Shown: in pieces, positions 47,632 to 61,178 of the stretch
Layout of the letters: every line of letters begins with the position of its first letter
Position numbering within the stretch: the first letter of the stretch is position 1
Assembly: GCA_051313645.2 (NCBI GenBank)
Contig: JBNRSN020000003.1
Coordinates: 484,530,001 to 484,594,000, forward strand
DNA: 64,000 nucleotides
DNA from: Centroscyllium fabricii
Lineage: Eukaryota
Reading direction: 5' to 3'
The notes under the pieces: model-generated
Told to the model about the DNA's origin: nothing
The model's database searches: none
What the model saw: only the letters and a program-made list of their open reading frames with translations
Position numbers and translations under genes: made by a program

Positions 47632-48799
47632 GTGAGTAGATGCTTGAAATACCTCTACATCCCATCTCAACCTCACTCTGTGCACAGATGGTATAAAGTG
47701 CCAAATCCCCAACACTCACCCAACAACTATGCCCATCTACTAAAAGTCACATCCACATCTCACACCTTGTAGACATTAATGGATATTCAACTATGGTAGG
47801 CAAATCTGCCAAACACATGGCTGCACACTCACTCACACGCTGTCCTTTTTCATGCAGGCCAAGCTTTCACATAACAGGAGGGAGCAACAATGCATGGGAG
47901 GAGGTCAGGCAGAGTTGCAGCCCCTCACACAGCTGGAGGAATGAGTCAAAGATTAATTGCAAGCCATGTCGTGGCGCTGTGGCAGTCAGAGAGGTTGACT
48001 CCCTTGGGGGCAGCAACGGTATGTTCATCATCTCCCTCTCCTCTCTCATACCACTTCCCCCTCACAACACCAGTCTTTCCTACTTTCCATCTGATTATAC
48101 TGTCTTAATTCCTTGCTCCCTTCCTGTGCCCCTGCCCTCACGTTAAAGTCACTCTTGTACCTTCCTGCTTTCAGATAGTGAACCACCATCTGACCAGCCT
48201 GCCCTCAGCCACCCAGTGGCAGTGATGTGGAGTGGAGGGGGAACACCTGAAGGGATAATTACTAACCCTAGCCCTTTTTGGGCTACCCCACATCAGGCGT
48301 ATTCCCCAGACATTCACTTTCAACTAAAGTAAGCAATAGCTGAATTATATAAGACGCTTAATTGGGTCTAAAGGTCCAGGCTATCTCTCTCTAAAGGAAA
48401 GCAATGACAAAAAGATGTTACCATCCTCCAGATAGTACTTTTAATAAGTTTAACTAGTCTGTAACCTTCCGGATATTATGAGGGACCGGAAACGCCCCAG
48501 AATTCTGCAATTCCTTCCAAAAGCATGTACAGAAATGGAGTTTGTGAGTTTAATGCAGAAATACTACTTGAGACAATTCTAATAATATACAGATTTATTT
48601 AAGAGCTGACATACAGTTAACAGCTGATGAGTCAATCACAACTTTAACAGTTCAAAATACAAATAGCTTACATTTCTTATTCTCAGAGATCCTTATTCTC
48701 AAATCATAACTTCATACATTTTTACATTTCTATTATTCTTAATCCAGAATATCCACCAAAATCAAATTAAAAGTACCTTTTTGATCCACGAGACTCAAT

Positions 48800-49701
48800 G
48801 GGGGGGATTTTCACAAAGGTGTGGGAAGCTGGTGGGGATTGGTTAGGGCAGGTTTCTGGCCCGCCCACCCAAGGACCTGGGAGACCCGCATGATTTTGCC
48901 TTAATTGGCCATTTAAATCCCCATCAGTCAGCGCCGTTTTTATTACACACTTCTCAGTCAGGAAGCGTGGGGCATCCTTGCAGATTCTGAATGACCGGGC
49001 AGGCTTTTGATTGACAGGCCTGAAGAGTTGTAGTAGCTCAGAAACCACTAAGCCTGACTGACAGTTCTGAAGTGGTTGCTTTGTTTCAATGTTGACAGAG
49101 GATTGTGATGTCACAATCCAATGCAAACATTGAAACCACAAATCTAACAATTCAAGTGGACTGAATGTTTGTTGGTGGTTTCAGTGGAATGTAAACAGAA
49201 ACTGATCCCCTGGATGATTGACAGCTTGCCTCTCAGGCACAGCTCGCAGTGCGATGTCTGTGAATGGCTGGCATTTAAAGGTAAGTGATTTCTATTTTTG
49301 GGGCTCTGAAGTTGATCACCCTTGGGTGCCAGCTGCACCTCCAGCATGGTGGAGGCTAGCAAGCTACTGTGTGGCTACTGTGCCCATGCATTGAAGGTTG
49401 CAGTCACCCAGCCAATTGGGTGCCCACCAGCTTTCAACGGCGGGGTTCCCACTAGGCGGGTTTTGGTGGGAAGAGGGCGAAAATAGCTGAGGGCCCTTAA
49501 AATAGGATTACCCGGGCAATTTAGGGCCCTCAACAAGCTCATTGAGCATCCCCGCAGGCAGGAAATATTCAGGGCGGGAAAACGCACCCGAGGAAACTGG
49601 CAAATCGGCGGGGATCCGTCGGGTTGGGTTCCCGCCTGCCGAATTTGCGATTTTACCACCCCACCAGAAACCCGCACTCAGGGACCCTGGAAAATCGCCC
49701 C
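48800..49701. mobile_element. Harbinger-like MITE in the ERV 3' LTR
   Basis: TIRs GGGGGGATTTTC / GAAAATCGCCCC; absent from the other LTR. Confidence 0.82.
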
Positions 49702-49895
49702 AAAGAGTTAAAAATGCACAGAGCATACCTCTGAAGTTAAGAATCACCTTCCCTTTCCAGCAACTTCTGACTTTCCATCTGAAAAGATCTACTATTATAC
49801 CTTTTTTAGTGGTTTATTCTTTGACGTTTTCTGCTGATGTAAGTTATCTTTGTTGAATTATTTTCTATACTTACTGCCAATTCAACTGTTGCAAG

Positions 49896-52800
49896 TGTGG
49901 CGGCACACTAAGACTGACGAATCCGTCTCGAGAGCTGCGGGGCATAGCCCCGCCCATCGGGTGAGGTGATGACGTCACCACCATCCCTCGGCGTGATGAG
50001 GTCACTAAAGCGGGCCTTTTAAATAAGCTCGCTCCTCGTGTTTCACTCTCTTCCTTCCTTACTGTAATGTATTAAACAGTGTTTTTCTGTCTCTCTGGCT
50101 CCCGCGTGGTTCTTGGGTCCTGCAAGCGCTACACTGGTGACACCGACTTGGAACGACTTCCAAGGAGAAAAAGCAGCTACAGGACCAATGACCAAGCAGC
50201 CTCAGGCCACTTTAAAAGTTAAACATGACTACAAGGAACCAGGCTTCTCGAACCCAAGGACTTGGCCAGAACTTCGGACACAGACTTACACTACCGGAGT
50301 TCTGGGAGCAGCGCCCAGCGGCCTGGTTTATGTGCATCGAAACCAGCTGCCGCACACACGGCGTCCAGGGGGATGACCGCTATGACTTGGTCTTTTCGGC
50401 CCTACCGCAATCGACGATTGATCGGATGTGGTCGAAGCTACAGCGTGTGCCCACAGCAGGCAGGTATGAGTTCCTTAACGCCGCGCTGCTAAAAAAATGT
50501 ACCCCCTCCCAATTTGAGCGCGACTGCCAGCTCCTTAACCTCCCCGAACTCGGGGACGCAGACCCATCGGACCTTTGGTGTCAGATGCAAGCGCTCACCG
50601 CAGATCCCGCCTCCCTGTTCCGCACCGTTTTCCTCCTCAAACTACCCCGCTCCATCAGACCGGCCCTGGCGGCCCTCTGCCACCGGAACGGGGACGAGCT
50701 AGCCGAGGAAGCCGACAGGCTCATGGTGGCCGAGCGCACCCGCTCCACCATGTGCGACCCTAATGCCGCATCCATTGAGCGCAACCACTCACCCCCCAGG
50801 TCCAACCCAACGCCTGAACCCAGGCCCCCGTGCCCACCCAGACAACCGCGTCCATCAAGCACCGGCTGGTGCTACTACCACACGCGGTTCGATAATAAAG
50901 CGCACCGCTGCGTACAGCCCTGCGCATTTAAGCCACGGCCCACACCAGCCCCCACTATGTCTGTAGGACACACAGGAGCACTGCTCTTTGTCACAGACAG
51001 CGGCACAGGCCTCCGGTTCCTCTGCGACACAGGCGCACAGCACAGCATCGTGCCAGCCTCCACAGCAGAAGCCAAACAAGGCACCCGGGGCCCGCCACTC
51101 GCAGCGGCCAACGGCTCCAATATAAAAATGTACGGCACCCGCAAGCTCACTATTAAGCTCGCTGGCCACACGTATCACTGGGACTTTGTCACAGCCCAGG
51201 TCACTTCTCCCCTCCTCGGGGCAGATTTCCTCTGCACCCACGGCCTGCTGGTCGACATGACCCGGCACCGCCTGGTCGACATCAATAACATGTCGACCAT
51301 CCCATGCTCCACAGGGCCCGCACTCCTGGCCCACGCGGCGGCACAATGCCGCTCCTGGAACTCTGACGCATACGGCACGCTCCTCGCAGAGTTCCCCACC
51401 CTTACCAACCCCACGTTCACCGCCCGCCGGGCCAAACACGGGGTAGAACATTTTATTACCACCACTGGCCCTCCCGTGCATGCCCACGCCCGCAGGCTGG
51501 ACCCGGCCAAACTGGAGATCGCGCGCACCGAGTTCCGCACCATGGAACAACTCGGCATAATCCGCCGCTCCAACAGCCCCTGGGCCTCTCCCCTCCACAT
51601 CGCCCCCAAGCCGGGCGGGGGTTGGCGCCCCTGCGGCGACTACCGCCGCCTAAACAACGCCACTACCCCGGATAGGTACCCCGTACCCCACATCCAGGAT
51701 TTCTCCGCCAGACTAGCAGGCTGCACGATCTTCTCTAAGATCGACCTGGTGCGTGGCTACCACCAGGTTTCGGTGCACCCGGCGGACATCGCCAAAACTG
51801 CCGTCATCACCCCCTTCGGACTCTTCGTGTTCCTTAGGATGCCCTTCGGCCTTAAAAATGCGGCCCAAGCCTTCCAGCGCCTCCTGGACTCAGTCATACG
51901 GGACTTGAAGTTCATTTTCGTCTACTTGGACGACATCCTCGTGGCCAGCACCTCCCCCCAGGAACACCTCCTGCACCTCAGGACCCTGTTCCAGCGCCTG
52001 GTGGAACACGGCCTTATATTAAGCCCCTCAAAATGCAAATTCGGCCTCGAGACCATAGACTTCCTCGGCCACCGCATTTCCCAAACCGGGGCCATACCCC
52101 TGCCCACCAAGGTGCAGGCACTTCAGGAATTCCCCCGCCCGCACTCCATTAAGGGGCTGCAGGAATTCCTGGGGATGGTTAATTTTTATAACCGCTTTAT
52201 CCCAGGAGCAGCCGCTCTCATGGCCCCCCTATACCAGGCCACACGCGGGCAGTCTGGCAAAACTGCGGTTGAGTGGACGGCCGATGCCGCCACCGCCTTC
52301 ACCGCAACCAAAACCGCCCTGGCCAACGCCACCCTCCTAGCCCACCCCAGGCCCAACGCCAGAGTGGCCCTCACCACTGACGCCTCCGACCACGCTGTCG
52401 GGGCCGTCTTTGAACAGTGGACCGGCAACTCTTGGCAGCCCCTGGCCTTTTTCAGCCGGCAACTTCGGCCCCCAGAGGTCAAGTACAGCGCCTTCGACAG
52501 GGAGCTCCTCGCTCTCTACCTCGCAGTGCGCCATTTTCGCTTGCTCTTGGAGGGCCGTCCCTTCACAGCCTTCGTCGACCACAAACCACTCACCTTCGCT
52601 ATGGCTAAGGTCGCCGAACCCTGGTCGGCCAGGCAGCAGCGCCAGCTTGCAGCTGTGTCGGAGTTCACTACCGACATTCAGCACATCTCCGGCCGCGACA
52701 ACGTGGTTGCTGACTGCCTCTCACGCTCCGCAATTAACGCCGCCCAAATGGCGGTCGATTACGCCAAGCTGGCAGCAGACCAGCTGGCTGACCCAGACCT

Positions 52801-54319
52801 GCTCGACCCAGCAGCAAACCTCCCTGGCCTACACCTGGCCAAAATCGCACATAGCCCCGCTGCCACAGTCGTCTGCTGCAACGTTTTCCTACCGCAGCCC
52901 AGACCCGTCGTCCCCCACGCATGGAGGCGACACATCTTCGAGACCCACTATGGCCTGTCCCACCCCGGCACCCGCGCATCCATTAAGCTAATTTTGGCCC
53001 GTATCGTGTGGCGCGGCCTGCGCAAAGACATCCGCGCCTGGACCAACTCCTGCATTGCCTGCCAGCACTCTAAAGTGCACAAGCACATCAGGGCACCGCT
53101 GGAAACCTTCACAGTGCCGGCCAGACGCTTCGACCACGTCCACATCGACCTCGTCGGGCCACTACCGCCATCCCGGGGCCACACACACGTCATGACCATG
53201 GTCGACCGCAACACTCGCTGGCCAGAAGCAGTCCCCCTCGCTGCCACCGGCACCACGGACTTGGCCAGGGCGTTCATCGCCACTTGGGTCGCCCGTTTCG
53301 GCGTGCCCACCGACATCACGTCAGACAGAGGACCCCAGTTTACGTCAGCACTATGGGCGGCCATCGCCCGCGACCTCGGGGTAACCTTACATCGAACCAC
53401 CGCATACCACCCACAATCTAACGGGCTCTGCGAACGGTTCCACCACTCTATGAAAGCATCCCTGCGGGCCAGCCTCAAAGACGCGTCATGGATCGACCGT
53501 CTCCCGTGGGTACTCCTCGGGCTGCGCTCGGCAGTCAAAGAGGACCTAAACGCCTCGGCAGCAGAACTCGTCTACGGCCAAACTTTAACAGTGCCGGGCG
53601 AATTCCTCGCCGAGCCAAACGCTCCCTGGTCGGCCGACCAGTTCTTAAAAGACTTTGCCAACCCGGCACGAGCGTTCAAACCCGTACCAGTGGCCCGGCA
53701 TGGAGAGCCGGCGGCACGTGTACCGGACGGCATTAAAAACGCCAAGTACGTGTTCGTCCGGCACGACGCCCATCGCTCGCCACTGCAACCAACCTACGAC
53801 GGTCCCTACAGAGTGCTTCGGGCGGGAACTAAAGCTTTCCAATTGCAGCTGGGCAACAGAACAGAAACTGTCTCTATAGACCGGCTAAAACCGGCACACG
53901 TGATAGCGGGCGACGCAACAGTCCCCGCCCAACCACCTCAACGCAGACGCCCTCCCTCACCAACACCCGCCCACACTCCACCGCAGAACAAGGAGCAACG
54001 CACGACACGTGCCGGCCGTGCCTTACGGCCACCACAACACTACACATAGACTCTTTTATCCTCTCAGACGGATTCTGGGGGGGAGCTGTGTGGCGGCACA
54101 CTAAGACTGACGAATCCGCCTCGAGAGCTGCGGGGCATAGCCCCGCCCATCGGATGACGTGATGACGTCACCACCATCCCTTGGCGTGATGAGGTCACTA
54201 AAGCGGGCCTTTTAAATAAGCTCGCTCCTTGTGTTTCACTCTCTTCCTTCCTTACTGTAATGTATTAAACAAGTGTTTTTCTGTCTCCCGCGTGGTTCTT
54301 GGGTCCTGCAAGCGCTACA
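49896..54319 (+). mobile_element. Gypsy element G (CsRn1/Kabuki-like), full length
   Basis: LTRs 49896-50133 and 54089-54319, 4-bp TSD CAAG, PBS TGGTGACACCGAC (tRNA-Trp-like), G-rich PPT. Confidence 0.96.
50225..54049 (+). CDS. Intact Gag-Pol polyprotein, 1274 aa
   Basis: CHCC Gag motif [40 protein letters not shown] integrase and GPY module. Confidence 0.95.
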   Translation: MTTRNQASRTQGLGQNFGHRLTLPEFWEQRPAAWFMCIETSCRTHGVQGDDRYDLVFSALPQSTIDRMWSKLQRVPTAGRYEFLNAALLKKCTPSQFERDCQLLNLPELGDADPSDLWCQMQALTADPASLFRTVFLLKLPRSIRPALAALCHRNGDELAEEADRLMVAERTRSTMCDPNAASIERNHSPPRSNPTPEPRPPCPPRQPRPSSTGWCYYHTRFDNKAHRCVQPCAFKPRPTPAPTMSVGHTGALLFVTDSGTGLRFLCDTGAQHSIVPASTAEAKQGTRGPPLAAANGSNIKMYGTRKLTIKLAGHTYHWDFVTAQVTSPLLGADFLCTHGLLVDMTRHRLVDINNMSTIPCSTGPALLAHAAAQCRSWNSDAYGTLLAEFPTLTNPTFTARRAKHGVEHFITTTGPPVHAHARRLDPAKLEIARTEFRTMEQLGIIRRSNSPWASPLHIAPKPGGGWRPCGDYRRLNNATTPDRYPVPHIQDFSARLAGCTIFSKIDLVRGYHQVSVHPADIAKTAVITPFGLFVFLRMPFGLKNAAQAFQRLLDSVIRDLKFIFVYLDDILVASTSPQEHLLHLRTLFQRLVEHGLILSPSKCKFGLETIDFLGHRISQTGAIPLPTKVQALQEFPRPHSIKGLQEFLGMVNFYNRFIPGAAALMAPLYQATRGQSGKTAVEWTADAATAFTATKTALANATLLAHPRPNARVALTTDASDHAVGAVFEQWTGNSWQPLAFFSRQLRPPEVKYSAFDRELLALYLAVRHFRLLLEGRPFTAFVDHKPLTFAMAKVAEPWSARQQRQLAAVSEFTTDIQHISGRDNVVADCLSRSAINAAQMAVDYAKLAADQLADPDLLDPAANLPGLHLAKIAHSPAATVVCCNVFLPQPRPVVPHAWRRHIFETHYGLSHPGTRASIKLILARIVWRGLRKDIRAWTNSCIACQHSKVHKHIRAPLETFTVPARRFDHVHIDLVGPLPPSRGHTHVMTMVDRNTRWPEAVPLAATGTTDLARAFIATWVARFGVPTDITSDRGPQFTSALWAAIARDLGVTLHRTTAYHPQSNGLCERFHHSMKASLRASLKDASWIDRLPWVLLGLRSAVKEDLNASAAELVYGQTLTVPGEFLAEPNAPWSADQFLKDFANPARAFKPVPVARHGEPAARVPDGIKNAKYVFVRHDAHRSPLQPTYDGPYRVLRAGTKAFQLQLGNRTETVSIDRLKPAHVIAGDATVPAQPPQRRRPPSPTPAHTPPQNKEQRTTRAGRALRPPQHYT

Positions 54320-55304
54320 CAAGCATAATTATGTCTCTACTTTTAGGTGTTCCAAAAACCTACCATAAAAGACAATATAACAGTCGTATTTATTTGATTC
54401 CATTCTTATCGAAGGACTTCCATTCAATTCTAAAATCACTTAGCTATTTGGAAGCAGATGTTGTGACTCCTATGTGTTCCATTTTCAATACAAAAGCCAT
54501 GTAATTGCTTGGTGCCATCTATTGAAGTTATATTTTCAAAGTGTTCTGTTTGTACCTTTTACAACATGTAAATCAAAAACACTTCAACTAGCATGTTTTG
54601 TTTTCCCAGCCATCTTAGTTGGTTATATTACTGAATTATGTTTCCATTCTTTCATTTGCCATTACTTTCATCAAAGGCACATGGTTTTTTAATAATCTGT
54701 GTTTCTGTTCGAAGTGTCAGTTTTTAACACTTTACTTGGGCATTACTTTTGTGTTGATTCCAAACTGCAGACATTCTGGAAGCTGCAACTTGCTGTTTCA
54801 ATAGGACCATTGTCTCAGTATTAACTATCAATTCCTATTTCAAAAGCTTGTGTGGTGTTTACAGCTTGTGTTAACAACTGATCTTATCTCAAATGCATGT
54901 ATTCTGTTTGCAGCCTGTGTCACCGAGGCTTTCCAGACTTTTAAACCCAGTATGTCATGTATTAATAATATCAGAAATCTGTTCATAGGATGGTGTATTT
55001 CTTGGAATATGGCCTTTTCCTTTAGACCCCTTTCTTGACCAAAAGATGAGCTCATAACATCAGGGCAGAGTTTGGTTAATGATACTAATAAGGTTACAAT
55101 AGCATATGAAGTTCACGAGATCCACAATCATGTGCGACATGAAAATTCCTTTGGAGTCATCCTAGGCAATGTTTTGTCTTATTTTAAATTGAACACAATT
55201 TAAAAGGATGATAAGTACATAGTCATGCAATTAGCGAAACAACATGTACTTAGAATGTCCAATCGGCAAATGTACATACCATAGAGGTGAGTTATTCATA
55301 CGAG

Positions 55305-55583
55305 TCAAGGAGATGTCAGTTGAAACTTGTTGAAACTTGACACACTGTTCCTTCGATCCACCATGAGTACTGATGCATGTTGTCCTAAAGGCCTTGCCAG
55401 GCACTCAGTTGATTCCTTCTTTATCCGTGGTGTCTTCCTCCTTCGCTGAAGTAACTCATTGATCTTTCCTTGTTTCGGTTGTTGCTTTTTGCAAATCCAA
55501 TTCCTGATGCATTGCCAAGCAATGTGTGGAAGAGTCGGTGACAACGTCTGACTGACCATCATCAGTAATTCGATTGCATCCAT
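55305..55583 (-). pseudogene. Possible env leader or accessory-gene remnant
   Basis: 92-aa ORF directly after the integrase end; only about 550 bp remain before the PPT; homology not recognisable. Confidence 0.35.
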
Positions 55584-55659
55584 TTCCTATGTCATGCTCC
55601 ATGCTAGGTCTTGAAAGACAGTGTATGACTGTACCTTGTATTGTTCCTCCTTTTTGGTA

Positions 55660-58140
55660 TCCTGCAGGGCATCTTTTGATATTGTCTATGGAAACAGTTT
55701 AAAGAACATGTTTGCCATTCGACTGGTTAATATGTATTTGAACCATTCTTTCGTTAATAACAGAATATATTTGAACAGGTTTTTTCCAGTTCGGTCTAAA
55801 ACCAGGTCTCTGCTCGAACTTCATTTCCTGTACCCATTCTCCTGCTATGGGTTGCCATGCTTTATTTGTCCATTTTTTCTGCCTATTTGCTTCCCTTATC
55901 CTTTGATCAATTGGATGAATCTCCTCATGTGATAGCAAAATACTGTGGATGCTGGAAATCTGAAACAACAACAGAAAATGCTGGAGAAACTCAGCAGGCC
56001 AGGCAGCATCGGTGGAGAGAGAAACAGAGTTAACGTTTCAGGTCGATGACCTTTCTTCAGAACTGGAGAGGGGAATAGATTTGAAAGCTGGTGGGGACTG
56101 GGGAAAGGGGGAAGGGCTGAAAGAACAAAGAGGATTTCAGCCACAGGCTAGAAGGTAGGGGAGATAAGAGACATAGTGAGGAATTCAAGGAACACAGGAT
56201 GGCTCTGGATCGGTGTGAATGACTCTGGCAGAGTGAAGAAAAAAGAGAAAAAATAAAAATGCCATGAATCTCCTCTGTTACTTCTCTTTTGTTTCTAACT
56301 GTCGCTGTCAGGTCAAAGACTCAGAGTGTGTAGAGGCAATAAAAGAACCATGGGTAAGCGGTGTATGCATCTCAACCCCATGCATCAGATAATATGGAGT
56401 TTTAGGGGACACTGACCCTGATGCAGATGTGAACACATTATTGAGTGATAGCTGCACCTCCGGAATGATGGTGGTCCACTTATTCCCCCTGATTCTCAAC
56501 AGTTTGACCAATAGCTTTTTTACTTCCTGGTTTTTACATTCCACCAGCCCCGCGGATGACATGGCGTGCTGTGCTCTAACCCAATCCCCCTTTGTTCACA
56601 GTCATCTTTGAAGAACTTAGATATAAAGGCTCTGCCTTAAACGGAGTTTAAGATTTTGGGTTCACCAGCTACAGTAATTATATCTGAAATAACCCTGGCA
56701 AGTGCGTTTTCTGAAACAGTTTTTGTGGGGACCAGCCAACAGAATGAAGTGCATCCATCCACACAAACGAGAACAAATGTCTGTATCCCAAAGATGGGGT
56801 AAGTGGTCCAATAAAGTTAATAAAGAATTTTCCCATTGGCTCATCAGTTTTCACAGGAGCCAATGGTGGTGGCTTAATTAGTGGTGACTTATTGGTCAAA
56901 TAGCATGGCTCACAATTTGCCACATATGTTTTACAGGCTTTAAGCATGCCTGGCCACCAACATAAGGGGGTCAATTTGCAGAATATTGTTCTGGCACCAC
57001 AATGTGCTTGACTTATGCCCGCATGAGCTTCTTTTACAAGCTGTTCTCATTTGTGCCTTGGGGGTACCTCTCGGTTTCCCTTGGGCAACTTAACTAGTAC
57101 AATACCCCTAGGGGTTTCCGAGTAAAAATACTTTGGTGGATATCCTGGTGGATTGTCTTTTGTTGAGTCTAATAGCTGAATCAGTTGCTCATCCTGATTA
57201 GCTGCCCACTCTGCCCTAGTGATTACACTAACATTGGCAGGCTCCTCTCGAGGGGGTGTCATGCAGACCGAATGTTTTGCTTATTCATCTGCAAGGCTGT
57301 TTCAATTTGAGTGTACTGTCCCAGTGGTATGCCCGTTTACATGAATCACCTGACAATTCTTTTTCCCCCATTCTCGAATGGTGAATATCTTCCCACAGTG
57401 TGGGTTTAATAAGGTCTGCTTTCTCTAAAGCATACCGTAATGCTGCGGCTTCAGCATGCTGCGCTGTCTTATGGCCAAGAGGTATAAACAGTAATTCTTC
57501 TGGATAAAATGAATAGGAATCTGAAAAAGTCCCTACTACTATCCCCATCCCAGCTGAGGATTGCTGGGATGTCTTTTTTAATCATCACTGACAACTCATC
57601 AAAGTAAATAACCTGATGATATTCTGTAAGCGGTCTCATCGTTATTTGTCTGATTCCCTCCTCCGTATCATCATCCTCCATGATGGGGAGATGCTCTATC
57701 TTTTCACATTGATTTGGATGGCGTTGTAGATAAGAGTAGTATCTATTAATGAGTTTCTTGAGGAGGCCTTAACTCCCCCCTCTAGACAAGTTTGATCAAG
57801 CTGTGTTCAAGCATGTTTTTCCCAGTCATCCTGGTCTGTGGAAGCTTCTACAGGTCCAGTAGATATTTTAAGGTAATGTTTTATGTGTGGTTGTCCTATA
57901 TTGAGGAAACAGGCCAATTCTGGTATCAGTCCTACATCTAGGGTCACCGTGATTCCATATATAATAATAGGTATCTTGTAAAAATTAATTATTTTGGTTT
58001 TGTCTTGTGTGAATCCCCCTAATGATTTTTTTTACAAATTGGGCTTCCCAAACCTGTCCACTTAGTTTTTATAATTGCAGAATCTATTACATTGTAATCA
58101 GGTCCCATATCAAACAGGGCTTTCACTTGTGCATTTGTGG
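55660..58140 (-). pseudogene. pol: Foamy-like pol remnant: protease, RNase H, integrase; RT largely deleted
   Basis: KALFDMG; IPLGHKTAQHAEAAA; GYPPKY; WWPGM..C..C; KFFINFIGPLTPSLGY; VECKNQEVKKLLVKLL..VQLSLNN; WQPIAGEWVQE..RPNWKKP..TVSIDNIK, all resembling foamy Pol. Confidence 0.88.
55927..56263. mobile_element. Penelope-like terminal-repeat fragment
   Basis: GATGCTGGAAATCTG...CAGCAGGCCAGGCAGCATC...CGTTTCAGGTCGATGACC; 12-bp TSD ATGAATCTCCTC; splits the ERV integrase. Confidence 0.7.
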
Positions 58141-59327
58141 GCAAGGTTGCCAAGGCATAGGGAAATTCAAGAGGCCCTGGCTGGGTGCCAGGCCTTCAAT
58201 CCTGGGATTGTTCATCCTCAGAATCCTGAGCTTCATTTTCTGCTTTATCTTTAATTATTTTAACTGATGTTTGTTCCTCCCTCTTGGGGGTTTCATGTTT
58301 TCCAGATCCCTGAGGGGGTTTGTTGGACTGTTTACTTTCTTGATGATCCTCCTGTTGAGGTGGACATTGGTTCTGCCGGGAACCTTTTTGATCCAAATTT
58401 CGGTTTTCTCGGTACCCTTCCATGGCTCTTTGATAGTTTTGGCCTGTGCAAAAGTTGTCCTCACAGGGAGTCCACTGCCCTTTGCTTTCCTTTTGTGGTC
58501 TAGCCCCTCATTTACCCCATCATTTTGGGGAGAAATCTGTCTCATATTGTAGGTGAGTTGGGAATGTAAACCTTCTGGAATACCCTCTTGAGGGTCCTGA
58601 GTCATGAGTTTGTGTCTGGGTGGGGTGGACTTGAGACTTGGGTCTATACAGTCCTTCTTTCTGAGTACCAAAGGTACCTGCTCCAATTTTTCATCCCCAG
58701 TTTCTGACCTCATTATAGGTTTAGTTTGGGGTTGACCTAAGAGGTCATGATTTAATTGGATAATGTGATTGACATTATCTTATATTTGTTGGTGATCTCG
58801 ATAATCATTTAGAACACCCTCACAGGCAATTTTGAGGGTTTTATTTTGATATTGATTGGCCACGCAACCATGGACAATTTCCCAATTATCCTGTGTAAGT
58901 ACTTTGCCTAATCTGTATACAGCTACCAGCCCTTCATTTGTGGCTGTATTAGTGAGCATTTCCTGATGGAACCCATTACATGCCTTCCCTGAGTGGCCGT
59001 GAGAACATAAGTGTATATTTGAACAGTTGTTGCACTGGTTTAATGGGGGTATTAAGTCTGAACTTAGTATAATTTGCAGTAGTTGCCTCAGGTGTTGAGC
59101 ATTCCAATCTTTGCAACAGGTTTCCAATTTATCAAGGTTAGTTAGAATCCAATAGTTTTTTCCTGGCTGGTGTTTCGTGGTCTACCACATTGTGTAGATA
59201 GAGTTCAGATTTACTTGACCTAGGGGCGCAATTTGTGGTTTCTGAGGTTGGTTTACTGGATCATTAATCATTGCGCCTCCAGCATTTAGATAAGAGTGAG
59301 CTAGTGCCTGCTGGCATTGATTATAAT

Positions 59328-60485
59328 GGGCCATGTTTTCCTGTGGCCCATTTGCCGCTGGTGCGCGCTCCCGAGCACCCGCGGCGCACGCGCACGTTTT
59401 TTGGGGGGGTTTTCAGACGCCGATTTCCTGCCGATGTTGCCGGGTTTTTTTGCTGCGTGGGTGTGTTGTTTTTGTTGCTGCGAGGTGCTTTGTGCGTGGG
59501 TTCTGAGCAGGCCACACCCACTGAGGTCGGCTTTTTCGCCCGCAAAAAGCCTCAGTGCTCAGACTGGCTAAGAGTCTAGGGATATGTTTTTCTCGGTCAT
59601 TTTAGTGAAGAAGTAGAGGTGAATGTAAAGCACTCATCTGCACTTTATTCACATCTATATTTTTGCTAAGAAGCAAACATTAGTCCACAAAGATCAGCAC
59701 GAGCAAGAGCACGTAGAATGAGCAAAGCTGATTGGCTTTCCAGAACATTGCATCGGCAGGTCTTCGATCATCAGAACAATTTCTTGCTGACAATTAAGAC
59801 TTAATTTTGCAAGGCGAGTCAAGGCTGCCTGTATAGATGCTCACTAGGCAGGACTGTGAGTCAGCAAAAGGACTCTAAAACGATAGGTTTCGATTCTGAG
59901 ATCCACACCCAATCTAGAAAGGCTCCGTGCTAGGGGTGAAGTCTTGCAAAACTTGCCCACCCAGGTTTAGCCTTTTCAAAACAAGTTCTATGTGTAATTA
60001 AACACAGTGCTTAAATCTCTTTGCCAAATAATAATAAACTAGTGAGAATCAGTACTTTATCACCAGAACTGCTGAAAAGCCGTTTAAAAACCCGTTAAAA
60101 AAAAATATTAAAGTAAACAAAAAGAAAAAAAGACACTTCAATTTAAAAGCTTAAAGACCACACACACACATCAGCAAAGGAATAAAAATAAAACTTACCT
60201 TTCAAAGCTTTTCAACCTGTTTCTCCACTTCTCAGCCCCATTAACGACTGATTTGTAAATGTGCAGATCAGCACAGAAATGTCCACGTGATAACACATGC
60301 ATTTTGAGCAGCTGCTACAGGAAATCGGCAGTTCAAAGTCTTCCTGCATTGGAAGCTGAAGCTCCTTCCCCATCAGCACAGGAAATTGACGTTTCTGGGA
60401 ATCACCCGTGCTTCACACCCACAAAGCATTTCTGAACCCCCTTCGTGGGTGTGAAGCTCCTCTGGAGCACAGGAAAACATGGCCC
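59328..60485. mobile_element. Non-autonomous TIR element (Harbinger-like) in the ERV gag
   Basis: Perfect 18-bp TIRs GGGCCATGTTTTCCTGTG / CACAGGAAAACATGGCCC. Confidence 0.85.
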
Positions 60486-60782
60486 ATTGGATTCTAAACT
60501 GTCTATAGTTTTCTCAAAGATTGTTGTAATTTATTTCATCATGCGTTTGCCACCTTAACTGGAATCCATGGCTTCCAGGAGCATAGGCTGCTTTGGGTCC
60601 TGCTATTCGGCCATGGTTGCCACCATCTTGTTGGACACTGTTCATTAGGCCTACCAATGGTGCTGGTGTGCACCTTATCATTAAGGAATTTAGTGGATTT
60701 GGAGTATTTGTTTGATTATCCCACTGGATATTCTGTATCCCCTGGTTCTGGTGATCAATATCAATCATGCCATGAGTGTAAG

Positions 60783-61178
60783 TACGGTGGCATAGTGGTT
60801 AGCACTGTTGCCTCACAGCTCTGGAGACCCGGGTTCAAATCCAGCCTTGGGTACTATCTGTGTGGAGTTTGCACATTCTCCCCGTGTCTACGTGGGTTTC
60901 CTCCGGGTGCTCCGGTTTCCTCCCACAGTCCAAAGATGTGCAAGTTAGGTTGATTGGCCATGATAAATTGACCCTTAGTGTTAGGGGGATTGAATATGTG
61001 GGGTTACGGGGATAGGGTGGGATATGTGTCGGTATAGACTCGATAGGGATATGGGGAGAGGGCAGGGGCGGGGTTTGGATGATCAGCCATGATCTCATTG
61101 AATGGCGGAGCAGGCTCGAAGGGCCGAATGGCCTACTCCTGCTCCTATCTTCTATGTTTCTATGTTTCTATGTTTCTA
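60783..61178 (+). mobile_element. V-SINE (HE1-like)
   Basis: A/B boxes, V-core, CR1 tail with (TTCTATGT)n. Confidence 0.92.

Larger units (their letters stand above)
48248..55026 (-). repeat. ERV 3' LTR, interrupted by a MITE and Gypsy G
   Basis: Segments 48248-48799, 49702-49895 and 54324-55026 align in order to 61626-63070. Confidence 0.9.

Noticed and set aside
50855-53538. Long antisense ORFs inside Gypsy pol genes (also 9983-10663, 40487-41191)
   Set aside because: Expected shadows of GC-rich coding sequence; not shared between related elements.
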